Part shown: positions 19,768 through 29,253 of the stretch, piece after piece
Position numbering within the stretch: position 1 is the first letter of the stretch
Layout: every line of letters starts with the position of its first letter
DNA from: an archaeon
GTDB lineage: Archaea > Nanobdellota > Nanobdellia > Pacearchaeales > GW2011-AR1
Direction of reading: 5' to 3'
Length of the DNA: 64,000 nt
Assembly: GCA_018653485.1 (NCBI GenBank)
Contig: JABHZE010000003.1
Coordinates: forward strand, 2,539-66,538
Made by a program: the position numbers and the translations under genes
The notes under the pieces: model-generated
What the model saw: the letters and a program-made list of their open reading frames with translations, nothing else
Database searches by the model: none
Told to the model about the DNA's origin: nothing

Positions 19768-19917
19768 TTATTTTTTAGATAAATTATTTTGTATTAAAGG
19801 ACGTATATTATATCCTAGCCCAAATCCTATAAATAACATTCCAATAAATTTATTGCTAGTTAAAAGTGCAATTCCTACTACAACCAAACCTGCCCCTAAT
19901 GTATCTTGAATTTTCAT
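19768..19917 (-). CDS. Small membrane protein (49 aa)
   Basis: MKIQDTLGAGLVVVGIALL...IGFGLG; start overlaps the upstream stop (ATGA). Confidence 0.55.
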   Translation of the reverse strand: MKIQDTLGAGLVVVGIALLTSNKFIGMLFIGFGLGYNIRPLIQNNLSKK

Positions 19918-20096
19918 TTTTCAAAAAACCCCTTTCCAATAAATATTCCTGCAGTTACTCCAATTATTAAAACAACCAGTGCTCCTGCGTTTCCTTTGGC
20001 GATTATTACTCCTGCGAGGGGCATAAGGCATACTATAGGTATAAATGCTTTTTTTGGAATGATTATGTGTTCTTGTTTTGATTTTTGTTTTTTCAT
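19914..20096 (-). CDS. Small membrane protein (60 aa)
   Basis: Two Gly-rich hydrophobic segments. Confidence 0.55.
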   Translation of the reverse strand: MKKQKSKQEHIIIPKKAFIPIVCLMPLAGVIIAKGNAGALVVLIIGVTAGIFIGKGFFEK

Positions 20097-20121
20097 TTTA
20101 TGATATCAGGTTGAACTATAA

Positions 20122-20292
20122 TTACTTCATATATGCTTTGATTATTCCGAAAAGAATAAAGCCGACACCAAGTCCAATCATTGTTCCTACTGCAGTGTTG
20201 TTATAGAACATTCCTAATCCTATCCCAGTCATTAGTGAACCTACAAAAATAAGTCCCCCTGCAGTATCTGATTTAGATTCTTTTTTTGCCAT
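20122..20292 (-). CDS. Small membrane protein (56 aa)
   Basis: MAKKESKSDTAGGLIFVGSLMTGIGLG...IGLGVGF; TTTATAAA box upstream. Confidence 0.6.
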   Translation of the reverse strand: MAKKESKSDTAGGLIFVGSLMTGIGLGMFYNNTAVGTMIGLGVGFILFGIIKAYMK

Positions 20293-20409
20293 AATAGATA
20301 ATGGAATATATATTTTATAAATGTTGTGAGGGATTTGAAAAGGATAAGGAAATAGAAAGCTTTAAAATCTTAAAATTGATAGTAATAGTAATTTATTTGG
20401 GAGGAAAAA

Positions 20410-20595
20410 ATGAAAGGAAAAGTTAAATTTTTTAACAGAGAGAAAAAATTTGGATTTATAGCTGGAGAAGACAACAAAGAATATTTTGTTCATGAGTCTG
20501 GGATAAAGCAAGGACCTATAGATGAAGATGACGAAGTTAATTTTGATGTTGAAGAAGGAGATAAAGGTCCAAAAGCAGTTAATGTAAAAAAGTAG
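20410..20595 (+). CDS. csp: Cold shock protein
   Basis: GKVKFFN..K.FGFI (RNP1), YFVH (RNP2), KGPKAVNV; GGAGG RBS. Confidence 0.95.
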   Translation: MKGKVKFFNREKKFGFIAGEDNKEYFVHESGIKQGPIDEDDEVNFDVEEGDKGPKAVNVKK

Positions 20596-20656
20596 ATTAA
20601 ATTTTTTTTATTTTTTTATTTAAAATTTAGAGGGATAATTTATTTAGGAGGAAAAA

Positions 20657-20746
20657 ATGCCAAGAAATAGAGTTACAAGGAAAGTTAAAGCAAGAAGTAA
20701 ACAAGCTCAACGTAGAAAATCTAAGCAACAAAAAGCAAAGAAGTAG
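20657..20746 (+). CDS. Very small basic peptide (29 aa)
   Basis: MPRNRVTRKVKARSKQAQRRKSKQQKAKK preceded by AGGAGG. Confidence 0.55.
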   Translation: MPRNRVTRKVKARSKQAQRRKSKQQKAKK

Positions 20747-20801
20747 TTTGGGTTTTGATAAGTTGCTAAATCTTTAAATATTATTAATTTTTGTAATTGA
20801 T

Positions 20802-21077
20802 ATGGCAACATATGGATATTATCATGATTTTTCTCATGAAGTTCCTAGGAAGCATAGTTCTAGAAAAAGGAAATTCATTATTGGTGTAGAAGTTCTTTTA
20901 TGTCATGATGGTTATAAATACAGAGCTAATGAGGTTGCAACTCAGGGTGAACCAGAACTTGTGGCTCTTAGAGATTGTCCAATGAGAAGAGATAAGTCTG
21001 GAGCACCTAAACCTATGATTAGAACATTAGAAAGAGAAATTAGAGAAGTGCTTGATAATAGGGAGCCTGGTTATTAG
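20802..21077 (+). CDS. Hypothetical protein
   Basis: ORF with TTTAAATA box upstream. Confidence 0.5.
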   Translation: MATYGYYHDFSHEVPRKHSSRKRKFIIGVEVLLCHDGYKYRANEVATQGEPELVALRDCPMRRDKSGAPKPMIRTLEREIREVLDNREPGY

Positions 21078-21256
21078 AGGGTTTAAAATATAAACACAAA
21101 GCTTTAAAATATCTAAATTTCTGTTAAATTTATATAAGCCATCATCGCATCTAGAGAATTTTAATTCTCTAGCTCATTCAAAAACCATAAAAGTTTTTGA
21201 AGATAAACTTATGCGATGAACTTATTAAGGTTTATTTGCTTCGCAAATAAGGATAA

Positions 21257-21337
21257 GCCATCATCGCATAATGGTATTGCACCGGCTTGCTAAGCCGGAC
21301 CCTTCGGGGTGCCCCGGTTCGATTCCGGGTGGTGGCG
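21257..21337 (+). tRNA. tRNA-Ser (GCU)
   Basis: GCCATCA/TGGTGGC acceptor, G discriminator, CCGGC-TTGCTAA-GCCGG anticodon arm, ACCC-TTCG-GGGT variable arm, CCCGG-TTCGATT-CCGGG T arm. Confidence 0.93.
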
Positions 21338-21463
21338 TTTATTTTTAATTCTTGGGAGGAATTGAAACGGGTTCCCGGTTCGGTGGAACAATTACATTTT
21401 TAATCTAGAAATACAATTATTTTCGAAAATGTGATTGTGAGTAGGGTGGTGGCGTTTTTTATT

Positions 21464-24400
21464 TTATTTTTTAAACTTGTTTCTAAAATCTTGAAGATAT
21501 TCTATCGTTGTTTTGTTGTTTAAAGGGTAATTATTCTTTTGATTTTTGTTTTGATTGTTATTCGCTCCCTTAGTTATAGGATTTGTATTTGATTTTATTT
21601 CCTTTAACCGATGTTCAATTCCTTGATCAATTATAAAAATACGTTTGATTTCTTTTACATATTTATGTTTGATTTTTATATCTTTTTTTAGATTATATTT
21701 TTTATCTGGTTTGATTATCCATGAATGTATCTTGGTTTTTGAAAGAATTGCTTTTCTTATTGTTCCAATTAAATTTCCTGATTCTGTATAAACTTTCTTT
21801 TTTGATAATGAAGTTATATTTATTGTTGATTTGAATTTCTCTTGTTTATTGATTTGATTTGGTGTTAATATCTGTGATTGATATATTGGGAGGTTATTTG
21901 TTTTATTTTGTTTTTGAAGTTCTTTTACTTCTTGTTTTTCTATTTCTAATTCTTTTATATTTTCTTCATCTTGGAGATCATCAAAAGAAATTTCTAAGGA
22001 TGGTTCTTTTATTTTATGTTTGAGATAAATTAGTCCTGCGATAATCGGAATCCTTGTTCTTTTTATTAATAATAACATTGTTATTAGAATTAATAAGAAG
22101 ATTATTAACCATAAATAAAAAGTGTTTGATGGTTTTATTACTTGAAGTTCTGTATCTATTTTTTCTTCTATTCTTGTTTCTTCTGGAACCCTAATATTTA
22201 TTTTTCTAAATGATTGTGCCTTATAATTTTCATAACCTGATTCAACATATAAATCATAATTTCCATCTTCTGTTTCATAAGGTAAATTAAGGGTTGTTGT
22301 TTTTGTTTTTTCCTCAAAACTTGCTAAATAAATTGTATCTTGTCCTAATTCTATTTTTTTATTGTTTTTTTCTATCCAGAATTTAATAATTACATCGCTA
22401 TTAATTTCTGCCATTCCCTTTACTAAATAAGTTAATTCAAAATTAAGATGTTCAATTAATGGATTGATAGATTTTATCTCTACATCAAATAATTTTACGC
22501 ATTCTTTATTATAACAACTATAATCTTCTTGACAATCAGAATCTTTTTCACATTTAGTTATATTTGTCTTTTTTGAACTGCTTCCTCCTCCCCCTCCGGT
22601 TGTTGTGGTTGTTGATGAAGAGGTTGTAGTTTCTCTTGATGAATAAACTGAAAATCCTGTAACATTAAAGATAAGGGTTCCGTTTACATAACTCTCTTGA
22701 GTGCAATCACTACATACTGATCCATCTTTAAGAATTTGAGGAGTTGTGAAAGTTAAATTATATAATTTTAATCTTGCAGGTTGATTTAAGGAAGGCAGTA
22801 AAGTAGAATCGATTTCAATTCTATTAAATGAAATATTTACATAAGAATTAATATCTGCTCCTGAACTTAAATCAACAGTATTTGTGAAATTAATTAATCC
22901 TTGATTTGGATTATCAATTATTAAATTAGTAATATTTGTTGTATCTATTTCAGATAAATTTGTTGTTTGCCCTGGAAATTCATTTCTCTGTATAATACTA
23001 AAAAAGTTTGTTGTACTTGCTTGTTGATTATTATAAGAATCTGTACAATTAATACTCCAATTGTAATTTGAAATTGGTAAATTATTTATTGTAAAGTTTT
23101 GAGTTATATCTTTTGTTATTGAGGTATTGGTTTGATTAATGATTCCATTAAAAATTAATGAGCAGTTATTAATATCATTTAGATCTGTTGTATTAAATTT
23201 AAATATTATGTTAGGATTTTGTCCTGAATTATTTATTGGAGATATCAAATTAATTGTTGGTGCGGTGTTGTCTATTGCCTCACTATATGTTCCATTTGAA
23301 AGTATTGTAACATTCCATTTCTCAGTTATGTCACTTATTGTTTGATCTGCAGTTTGATTTACATAAATAAAGAATTCGTGAGTTGTATTTACATTTCCTG
23401 TTGCATTCACCCACCAACTTATTGTTGCAGTTCCATCTTGATTTAGGGTTAGGTTATAAGGATTTGTTGTATTTGTATAAAAAGGAGTTGTTCCTGGAGT
23501 TGTTGAAACAGTTCCTCCTGATTTTGTTGCTGAAATTTGCCAGTTAACAACTTGAGATTTTTCATCATCACTCATTCCAGATATATGAGTATCATTATTA
23601 AAATTTTCAGAAATAACATTTGCCTCTGCTTCTGATTGAGCCCTAGTATCCCATTGAGTAAAAAAATGCATTAATATTTTTGTATCTCCTGCAGGAACAC
23701 AAACATTTTCCCATATCCAACTATTTGCCCCTCCTGAAGCAGTGGTAGGTGAAACAGTGTCAACTGGTTCTGAAGTTCCATCTTCTTGATAAATAAATGT
23801 AGCTGCATCATCTCCAGTTGTTGGACTTGTATCATCCCACATCATCCAATAATCATCTGTATTCCAGGTTGTATCTCCACTGGAAGTATTTAGATAATCT
23901 GATCCATCTGAACCCATATTTTGTGAAATTTTATAATCTACGCAAACTATTCCTGCAGTTGGATTATGTAAAATTTCTAAGTATCTTGCCCAGTTTTCAT
24001 TTGCAGGTACATAAACCTTTCTAGTTATATTTAAGGAGGATTTTGTTTGAGGATCGCAAACTGCTTCTCTTCCAGAATCTTCTGTTGTAGACCTTGTTCC
24101 AGTATATTCTGAATTATTTATATAAGGTCTTAATCCTCCATCAAAAACATCTGCCTCCCCATCAGATAAATCACATCCATCCTGAATATCATAATCAAAA
24201 TCTTTAACATCATAAAGAGTTATTGCGCTTTGAGTTATAAATCTATCAAAACTATCTTTAATATTACTTTGCGAATCATCTATTGGCTCTGGATCTAGGG
24301 TTACATTTAATGCTCCGCAATCATTATTTGAACAAGTTACTCTTGCTTGAACTTCAAAGAATTCATTTTGAGTTACATTAATATGGGTTGTTGGAGATAA

Positions 24401-27400
24401 TAATGTTAAACTAATTAAGGGTATTGAACTTGTGAAGGTTATTGAATCTGAATTTATATTATTTGAAGAATCATTACAATAAACCCTCCATGTATGAGTT
24501 CCTCCTCCACTGTTTAAGTCAGTCCAATTTGTTCCTGTTGAAACTGGTGTTGAGTTTGTTGCTCCTGAATCTGTTGAATACCAACAATAACCTGTGTTTG
24601 TTTCTGAGTAAGTATAAGTTAGATTTTCTACAGTGGTATTATAAGTTGTATTTGTTGGATAAATAATATTTATTGTTGGTTGAGTGATATCTTTTATAGT
24701 GATATTTAATTTTGAAGTTATATTTGAATTAGTTAAATCAGAAGTTTTATTTGCATAAATAAAAAACTCATGAGCATTATCTATACTTCCTGTTGCATTT
24801 ACCCACCAAGTTATAATTTGAGATTCATCTTGATTTAAAGTTAGATTATAGGGGTTTGTTATGTTTGTGTAGAAAGGGGTTGCAGTAGAGTTTGTTGAGA
24901 CTGTTCCACTTTTAGCTCCGCCTGAATAAGTTATTATCACATAACCTTGTCCTGTATTTATTCCAGCAGTATTATTTTGTTCAGTTCCATTATTATAAGA
25001 ACCTCCACCCCCACCTGCAGCTCCGTTACTCCATTCTCCTCCTCCGCCTCCTGAATATCCTCCTCCGCCTCCACTTCCAGCATAACAACCTCCTCCGCCT
25101 CCAAATCCTCCATCTGCTCCTCCACTATAAAGTGCTCCCCCTACTCCTCCGCTTGTAAAATTTTTTGGAATTGTTGCAGAACTATAACATGTCTGTCCAT
25201 CTGATTTCCATCCAGCACCTCCGCCCCCATAATTTATTCTAGTTCCTGCACTACCATTAGTCCCTCCTGCACCTCCGCTACTTGCAACAGTAGTTTGCAT
25301 TCCATCTCCTCCATCTGTTCCATTTTGTCCATGCACTGCTGCAACAATTGCATATTCGCCTGTTCCACCTCCTCCGCCGGCTATTAAAAGAGGAGTTGAA
25401 TTAGTATAATTACTTCCTGTTGCTATGAAACTTCCTCCGCCTCCGCCGCCTCCACGACTAGCAGTTGTAGAATTATCTCCTCTTTGTCCAACTAGAATAT
25501 AAAGTTTATCTCCTGCAGTTAAAGAAAATGTTCCAACTATTTTTGCACCTAATCCTCCGCCCTGATAAGTTGGTGCTGCTTCATCACTACTATGACCTCC
25601 TCGAGCCCCCCCTGCTTCAAAAGTATAAGTTCCAGTTGAAGGCACTATCCATTCTTGAATACCATTTAATATTGTAACCTCTCCATCTAATGATGTGCCT
25701 GAATAAGAAGAATTACAATTTGCTTGCGAGGGTCCATCTTTTCCAGAAGTATTACAATTAGTAAAATTATATTGAGTACCTACAGAGGGATCTAAAGTTA
25801 CATTAATTTCCCCACAATCATTATTTGAACAACTTACATTAACAGAGATATTAAAAAATTGATTTTCTGAGACATTAATATTTAATGTAGGATAGATCCA
25901 TTCTAATCCAATTACTGGAATTGTGCTTGTGAAAATAACTGAATCTGAATTTATATTATTTGAAGAATCATTACAATAAACTATCCAAGTATTACTTCCT
26001 CCAGAACTTGTAAAATTAGTAAAATTAGTTCCAGGTGAAACAGGTGTTGAATTTGTTGCCCCTGAATTTATTGAATACCAACAATAACCTGTGTTTGTTT
26101 CTGAGTGAGTATAATTTAATTCAGTAAGAGCTGTTGCATAAGTAGTACTTAGAGGATAAGTTATGTTAATAACTGGAGAGGTAGTATCAATAGTAAAAGA
26201 AACAGATTTACTAAATACACTTCCATTTGTATCATTACAATAAACACTCCAATTATTGCTTCCCTCATTACTTGTTATTCCTGAAAACAAATAAGTTTCA
26301 GGATTTACTGAACTAGAATTCCAATTACCAGAACTATTTGACCACCAACATTTATCAAATAAAGAATCATTACTTAATGAATAATTAATTAAATTAATTT
26401 GAGAATTATAGATTTGATTGTTAGTTGGAGAGATTATTGTTACAATCTTCCCACATTCACGTGCTGCAGAAATATTATCACTTGTATATTTTCTTCCTGT
26501 TTGGTTTGTAGAAGTGTCTGTTATAGTTGAATAAAATATTTTTAAACTCCCTCCATTTGTGGTTGATAAACTATCTTGTAATCTTCCCTGATTATCAAAA
26601 TTTCCAGATAATGTAACTGTACACCCAAAAACCCCTATTCCTCCTCCTGAACCTCCACCACCAAATCCAGAATATTCTGAAGTGTCTGTATTTTGAACAC
26701 CCTTACCTCCTCCTGCACCTTGAGAACTAATATTCCCAGTTATTGTAATTGTCGTTGCATTTAAAATAACTATTCCTCCTCCTGCTCCACCACCTCCGCC
26801 TCCTGCTGCACCATTATTACTCGTACTTCCTCCACCACCTCCTCCAGAACCCATTAATAAAGAAACATCTAATGAGGTGTCATTATTAATTGCAAATCCA
26901 CTATAACCTGCATTAGTTGCATTATTCATTGTAGGAGTAGTTGTTCCAGCTCCGCCTGTTCCTTTATAAATTCCTGCACCATTTCCCCCTGTCCTATTTG
27001 AAGCATTTTGTCCACCAGAACCACCTCCTCCTGCTCCTGCCCCTCCTGCAGTACATCCTGCTCCACCTCCTCCTCCTCCACCAAATCCTGTTCCTCCATC
27101 TGCCCCTGTTCCTCTACAAGAATTTCCACCTCTTCCACCTAAAGTAAATGTTCCATTACTACTTCCAGTAATACCTCCTATACCTCCTGGACTTCCCCCA
27201 CCCCCTCCACCAAAAGAAGCACTTGGACTGCAACTACTCCACTTTCCATCTGCCCCATTTCCACCATTTCCACTAACCCCTCCAAGACCACTAACACAAC
27301 TTAAACTCCCTTGAATATTAGAGCCTGCTCCACCACCCCCAAAACCTCTTCCAGAAGCTTCTAATTTTCCAGAAATATTAATAACACTTGCAGAAATAGT

Positions 27401-27649
27401 TACATTTCCTCCATTACTTGTTTTTTGATATCCATCTATATAGACTATAACTCCTTCTGGAATTGTGAATGTCCCAATATTAAAATGATTTCCAGAAATA
27501 TTTGTTCCATTTACAGGAATCCAATCTTCTTCTGAATGATCTCCTCCTGAAGAATTATCCCATGCATAAATAGAATTAATTGATAATGAAAATAATATTA
27601 TTGTAAAAAATATTATAAAATTCTTTTTGTATTTTTTTATTTTATCCAT
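21464..27649 (-). CDS. Giant modular surface protein: Gly-rich domains, Ig-like repeats, TM, cytoplasmic PRC-barrel-like tail
   Basis: Signal peptide; two GGGGG-rich domains; repeated DxTxP.I.I..P Ig-like units with many NxS/T sequons; TM near aa 1850; KKVYTESGNLIG PRC-like motif. Confidence 0.8.
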   Translation of the reverse strand: MDKIKKYKKNFIIFFTIILFSLSINSIYAWDNSSGGDHSEEDWIPVNGTNISGNHFNIGTFTIPEGVIVYIDGYQKTSNGGNVTISASVINISGKLEASGRGFGGGGAGSNIQGSLSCVSGLGGVSGNGGNGADGKWSSCSPSASFGGGGGGSPGGIGGITGSSNGTFTLGGRGGNSCRGTGADGGTGFGGGGGGGAGCTAGGAGAGGGGSGGQNASNRTGGNGAGIYKGTGGAGTTTPTMNNATNAGYSGFAINNDTSLDVSLLMGSGGGGGGSTSNNGAAGGGGGGAGGGIVILNATTITITGNISSQGAGGGKGVQNTDTSEYSGFGGGGSGGGIGVFGCTVTLSGNFDNQGRLQDSLSTTNGGSLKIFYSTITDTSTNQTGRKYTSDNISAARECGKIVTIISPTNNQIYNSQINLINYSLSNDSLFDKCWWSNSSGNWNSSSVNPETYLFSGITSNEGSNNWSVYCNDTNGSVFSKSVSFTIDTTSPVINITYPLSTTYATALTELNYTHSETNTGYCWYSINSGATNSTPVSPGTNFTNFTSSGGSNTWIVYCNDSSNNINSDSVIFTSTIPVIGLEWIYPTLNINVSENQFFNISVNVSCSNNDCGEINVTLDPSVGTQYNFTNCNTSGKDGPSQANCNSSYSGTSLDGEVTILNGIQEWIVPSTGTYTFEAGGARGGHSSDEAAPTYQGGGLGAKIVGTFSLTAGDKLYILVGQRGDNSTTASRGGGGGGGSFIATGSNYTNSTPLLIAGGGGGTGEYAIVAAVHGQNGTDGGDGMQTTVASSGGAGGTNGSAGTRINYGGGGAGWKSDGQTCYSSATIPKNFTSGGVGGALYSGGADGGFGGGGGCYAGSGGGGGYSGGGGGEWSNGAAGGGGGSYNNGTEQNNTAGINTGQGYVIITYSGGAKSGTVSTNSTATPFYTNITNPYNLTLNQDESQIITWWVNATGSIDNAHEFFIYANKTSDLTNSNITSKLNITIKDITQPTINIIYPTNTTYNTTVENLTYTYSETNTGYCWYSTDSGATNSTPVSTGTNWTDLNSGGGTHTWRVYCNDSSNNINSDSITFTSSIPLISLTLLSPTTHINVTQNEFFEVQARVTCSNNDCGALNVTLDPEPIDDSQSNIKDSFDRFITQSAITLYDVKDFDYDIQDGCDLSDGEADVFDGGLRPYINNSEYTGTRSTTEDSGREAVCDPQTKSSLNITRKVYVPANENWARYLEILHNPTAGIVCVDYKISQNMGSDGSDYLNTSSGDTTWNTDDYWMMWDDTSPTTGDDAATFIYQEDGTSEPVDTVSPTTASGGANSWIWENVCVPAGDTKILMHFFTQWDTRAQSEAEANVISENFNNDTHISGMSDDEKSQVVNWQISATKSGGTVSTTPGTTPFYTNTTNPYNLTLNQDGTATISWWVNATGNVNTTHEFFIYVNQTADQTISDITEKWNVTILSNGTYSEAIDNTAPTINLISPINNSGQNPNIIFKFNTTDLNDINNCSLIFNGIINQTNTSITKDITQNFTINNLPISNYNWSINCTDSYNNQQASTTNFFSIIQRNEFPGQTTNLSEIDTTNITNLIIDNPNQGLINFTNTVDLSSGADINSYVNISFNRIEIDSTLLPSLNQPARLKLYNLTFTTPQILKDGSVCSDCTQESYVNGTLIFNVTGFSVYSSRETTTSSSTTTTTGGGGGSSSKKTNITKCEKDSDCQEDYSCYNKECVKLFDVEIKSINPLIEHLNFELTYLVKGMAEINSDVIIKFWIEKNNKKIELGQDTIYLASFEEKTKTTTLNLPYETEDGNYDLYVESGYENYKAQSFRKINIRVPEETRIEEKIDTELQVIKPSNTFYLWLIIFLLILITMLLLIKRTRIPIIAGLIYLKHKIKEPSLEISFDDLQDEENIKELEIEKQEVKELQKQNKTNNLPIYQSQILTPNQINKQEKFKSTINITSLSKKKVYTESGNLIGTIRKAILSKTKIHSWIIKPDKKYNLKKDIKIKHKYVKEIKRIFIIDQGIEHRLKEIKSNTNPITKGANNNQNKNQKNNYPLNNKTTIEYLQDFRNKFKK

Positions 27650-27830
27650 CTTTTATTTTTAACTCCTTTTTTAATTTCAAAACTTCTTCAGCATCTTTGA
27701 TCTTGTTTAATGCATTTTTATAAAAACTAGAAACAGCTGGTTGAGAAATTTTAAGTTTTTTTGAGATTTCTATCTGTGTTAAACCTTTTAATTTTAATTT
27801 TAAGACCTCTATTTCTTTTTGAGTTAACAT
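27642..27830 (-). CDS. Small HTH regulator (Tfx/sigma region 4-like)
   Basis: MLTQKEIEVLKL..KGLTQIEISKKLKISQPAVS; overlaps the start of the giant protein gene. Confidence 0.8.
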   Translation of the reverse strand: MLTQKEIEVLKLKLKGLTQIEISKKLKISQPAVSSFYKNALNKIKDAEEVLKLKKELKIKDG

Positions 27831-27879
27831 AATAAATATTAGTTATATAAGTTAATTAGGTTATATAAAGGTTTTGTTA

Positions 27880-29253
27880 TCAAAACTCATAATCCTTCAA
27901 AGGATTAATTGTTTTTACATAACATTTGGGGCAGAGAAGTTTGTTATTCTTTTTTTTGAAATGGGTTTTGTCTGAGGTTTTGTGACATTTTTGACAAGTT
28001 GTGCTACAATTTAGACAAATAGGTTTGTTTGTAAGATAATCTTTTGTTATATGTTCTTGACAAAAAATATTTTTACATTTATTGCATTGGGTTTTGCAAT
28101 TATTGCATATTTGCCTATTACATGACGTACATTTGTTTTTATCACATTTTTTACAAGTATGAGTTCCGCAGTTAAGACAATCTTTTGAGCATGATTTACA
28201 GATTAAATGATTTGAAGAGCATAATTCTATTGTTCTGATTTCTTTTTCACAAGCCTCACATAAAAGATTTGATATTTTCTTTGTTAAAGGGTTGAGTTGT
28301 AAGGAGATTTGTCTTACTTGTTTAGGAGATTTTAAGAAAACTCTTAACTGGTAAATAGGATAATAAATTATTGTTTTGTTTAATAGTGTTGAAGAAATGC
28401 TTAAGGTATGTTTATGTTTCTCATCATTAAGATGAAATTCTTTTTCTTTTTCTACTTCTGCAGGGTCTAATTTATCTTTTAATCTTTGAATTGTTTCTTC
28501 TACTCTTTGAATCTTTCTTTTGATTGTTTCAGGATCTGAGATTGAATCTTTTTTTAGGGTTTCTATTTTAGTATTATTAGTTTTTAGATGTTGATTAGTT
28601 TCTTTAACACGCTCTTCATAATGTGAATTAATTCTTTCTATTCCTTGCTTAAGTGAATCCCCTAATTTATATGAAAGTGTTGCTATTCTTGGTTTTAATA
28701 ATTCATTTATTACTGATTTAGCTATTTTAATTTCTGGTTTTAAATCCTTAATCTTTAAATCTTTTTTATTTCCTTGAATTGTATTGTAATCTTCAATTTT
28801 GAAATTATCAATAACCTCATTATCATGAATATAAATATTATTGATTATTTTTTCATTTTCATTAAGATATTGCAAGGTTGTTTCAAAAGATAATTTAAAA
28901 ATATAATCAAAATTAATTTTTTTATCTATTTTCACAATTTTAAAATCCTCTAAACCTATATTTTTGATTAGTTCATCTTTTATCTCTTCATTAAAATCTA
29001 ATTGAAGAATTGTTGTGTTTGCTTTATTTTTTAGATATTCTGAAATTATTTTTAATAAATGGCTTGAGGAAGTTATTAATTCAGTATTATTATCTTCTAA
29101 ATTTTCATCAAATGTGAATCTATAAGGGGCATTTTTTCCATATAATTTTTCGAATTTCTCTGGAACATTAGTTATATCAATTATTTCATTACCTGAAACA
29201 TTGCATTTTAACTTTAAAAAAAAGTTTTTTATTAAATTATTTAAATCACTCAT
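27880..29253 (-). CDS. YqhG-like protein with C-terminal multi-CxxC zinc-binding region
   Basis: Coupled to SNF2 helicase; RINSHYEE coiled coil; more than 10 CxxC/CxxH pairs. Confidence 0.6.
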   Translation of the reverse strand: MSDLNNLIKNFFLKLKCNVSGNEIIDITNVPEKFEKLYGKNAPYRFTFDENLEDNNTELITSSSHLLKIISEYLKNKANTTILQLDFNEEIKDELIKNIGLEDFKIVKIDKKINFDYIFKLSFETTLQYLNENEKIINNIYIHDNEVIDNFKIEDYNTIQGNKKDLKIKDLKPEIKIAKSVINELLKPRIATLSYKLGDSLKQGIERINSHYEERVKETNQHLKTNNTKIETLKKDSISDPETIKRKIQRVEETIQRLKDKLDPAEVEKEKEFHLNDEKHKHTLSISSTLLNKTIIYYPIYQLRVFLKSPKQVRQISLQLNPLTKKISNLLCEACEKEIRTIELCSSNHLICKSCSKDCLNCGTHTCKKCDKNKCTSCNRQICNNCKTQCNKCKNIFCQEHITKDYLTNKPICLNCSTTCQKCHKTSDKTHFKKKNNKLLCPKCYVKTINPLKDYEF

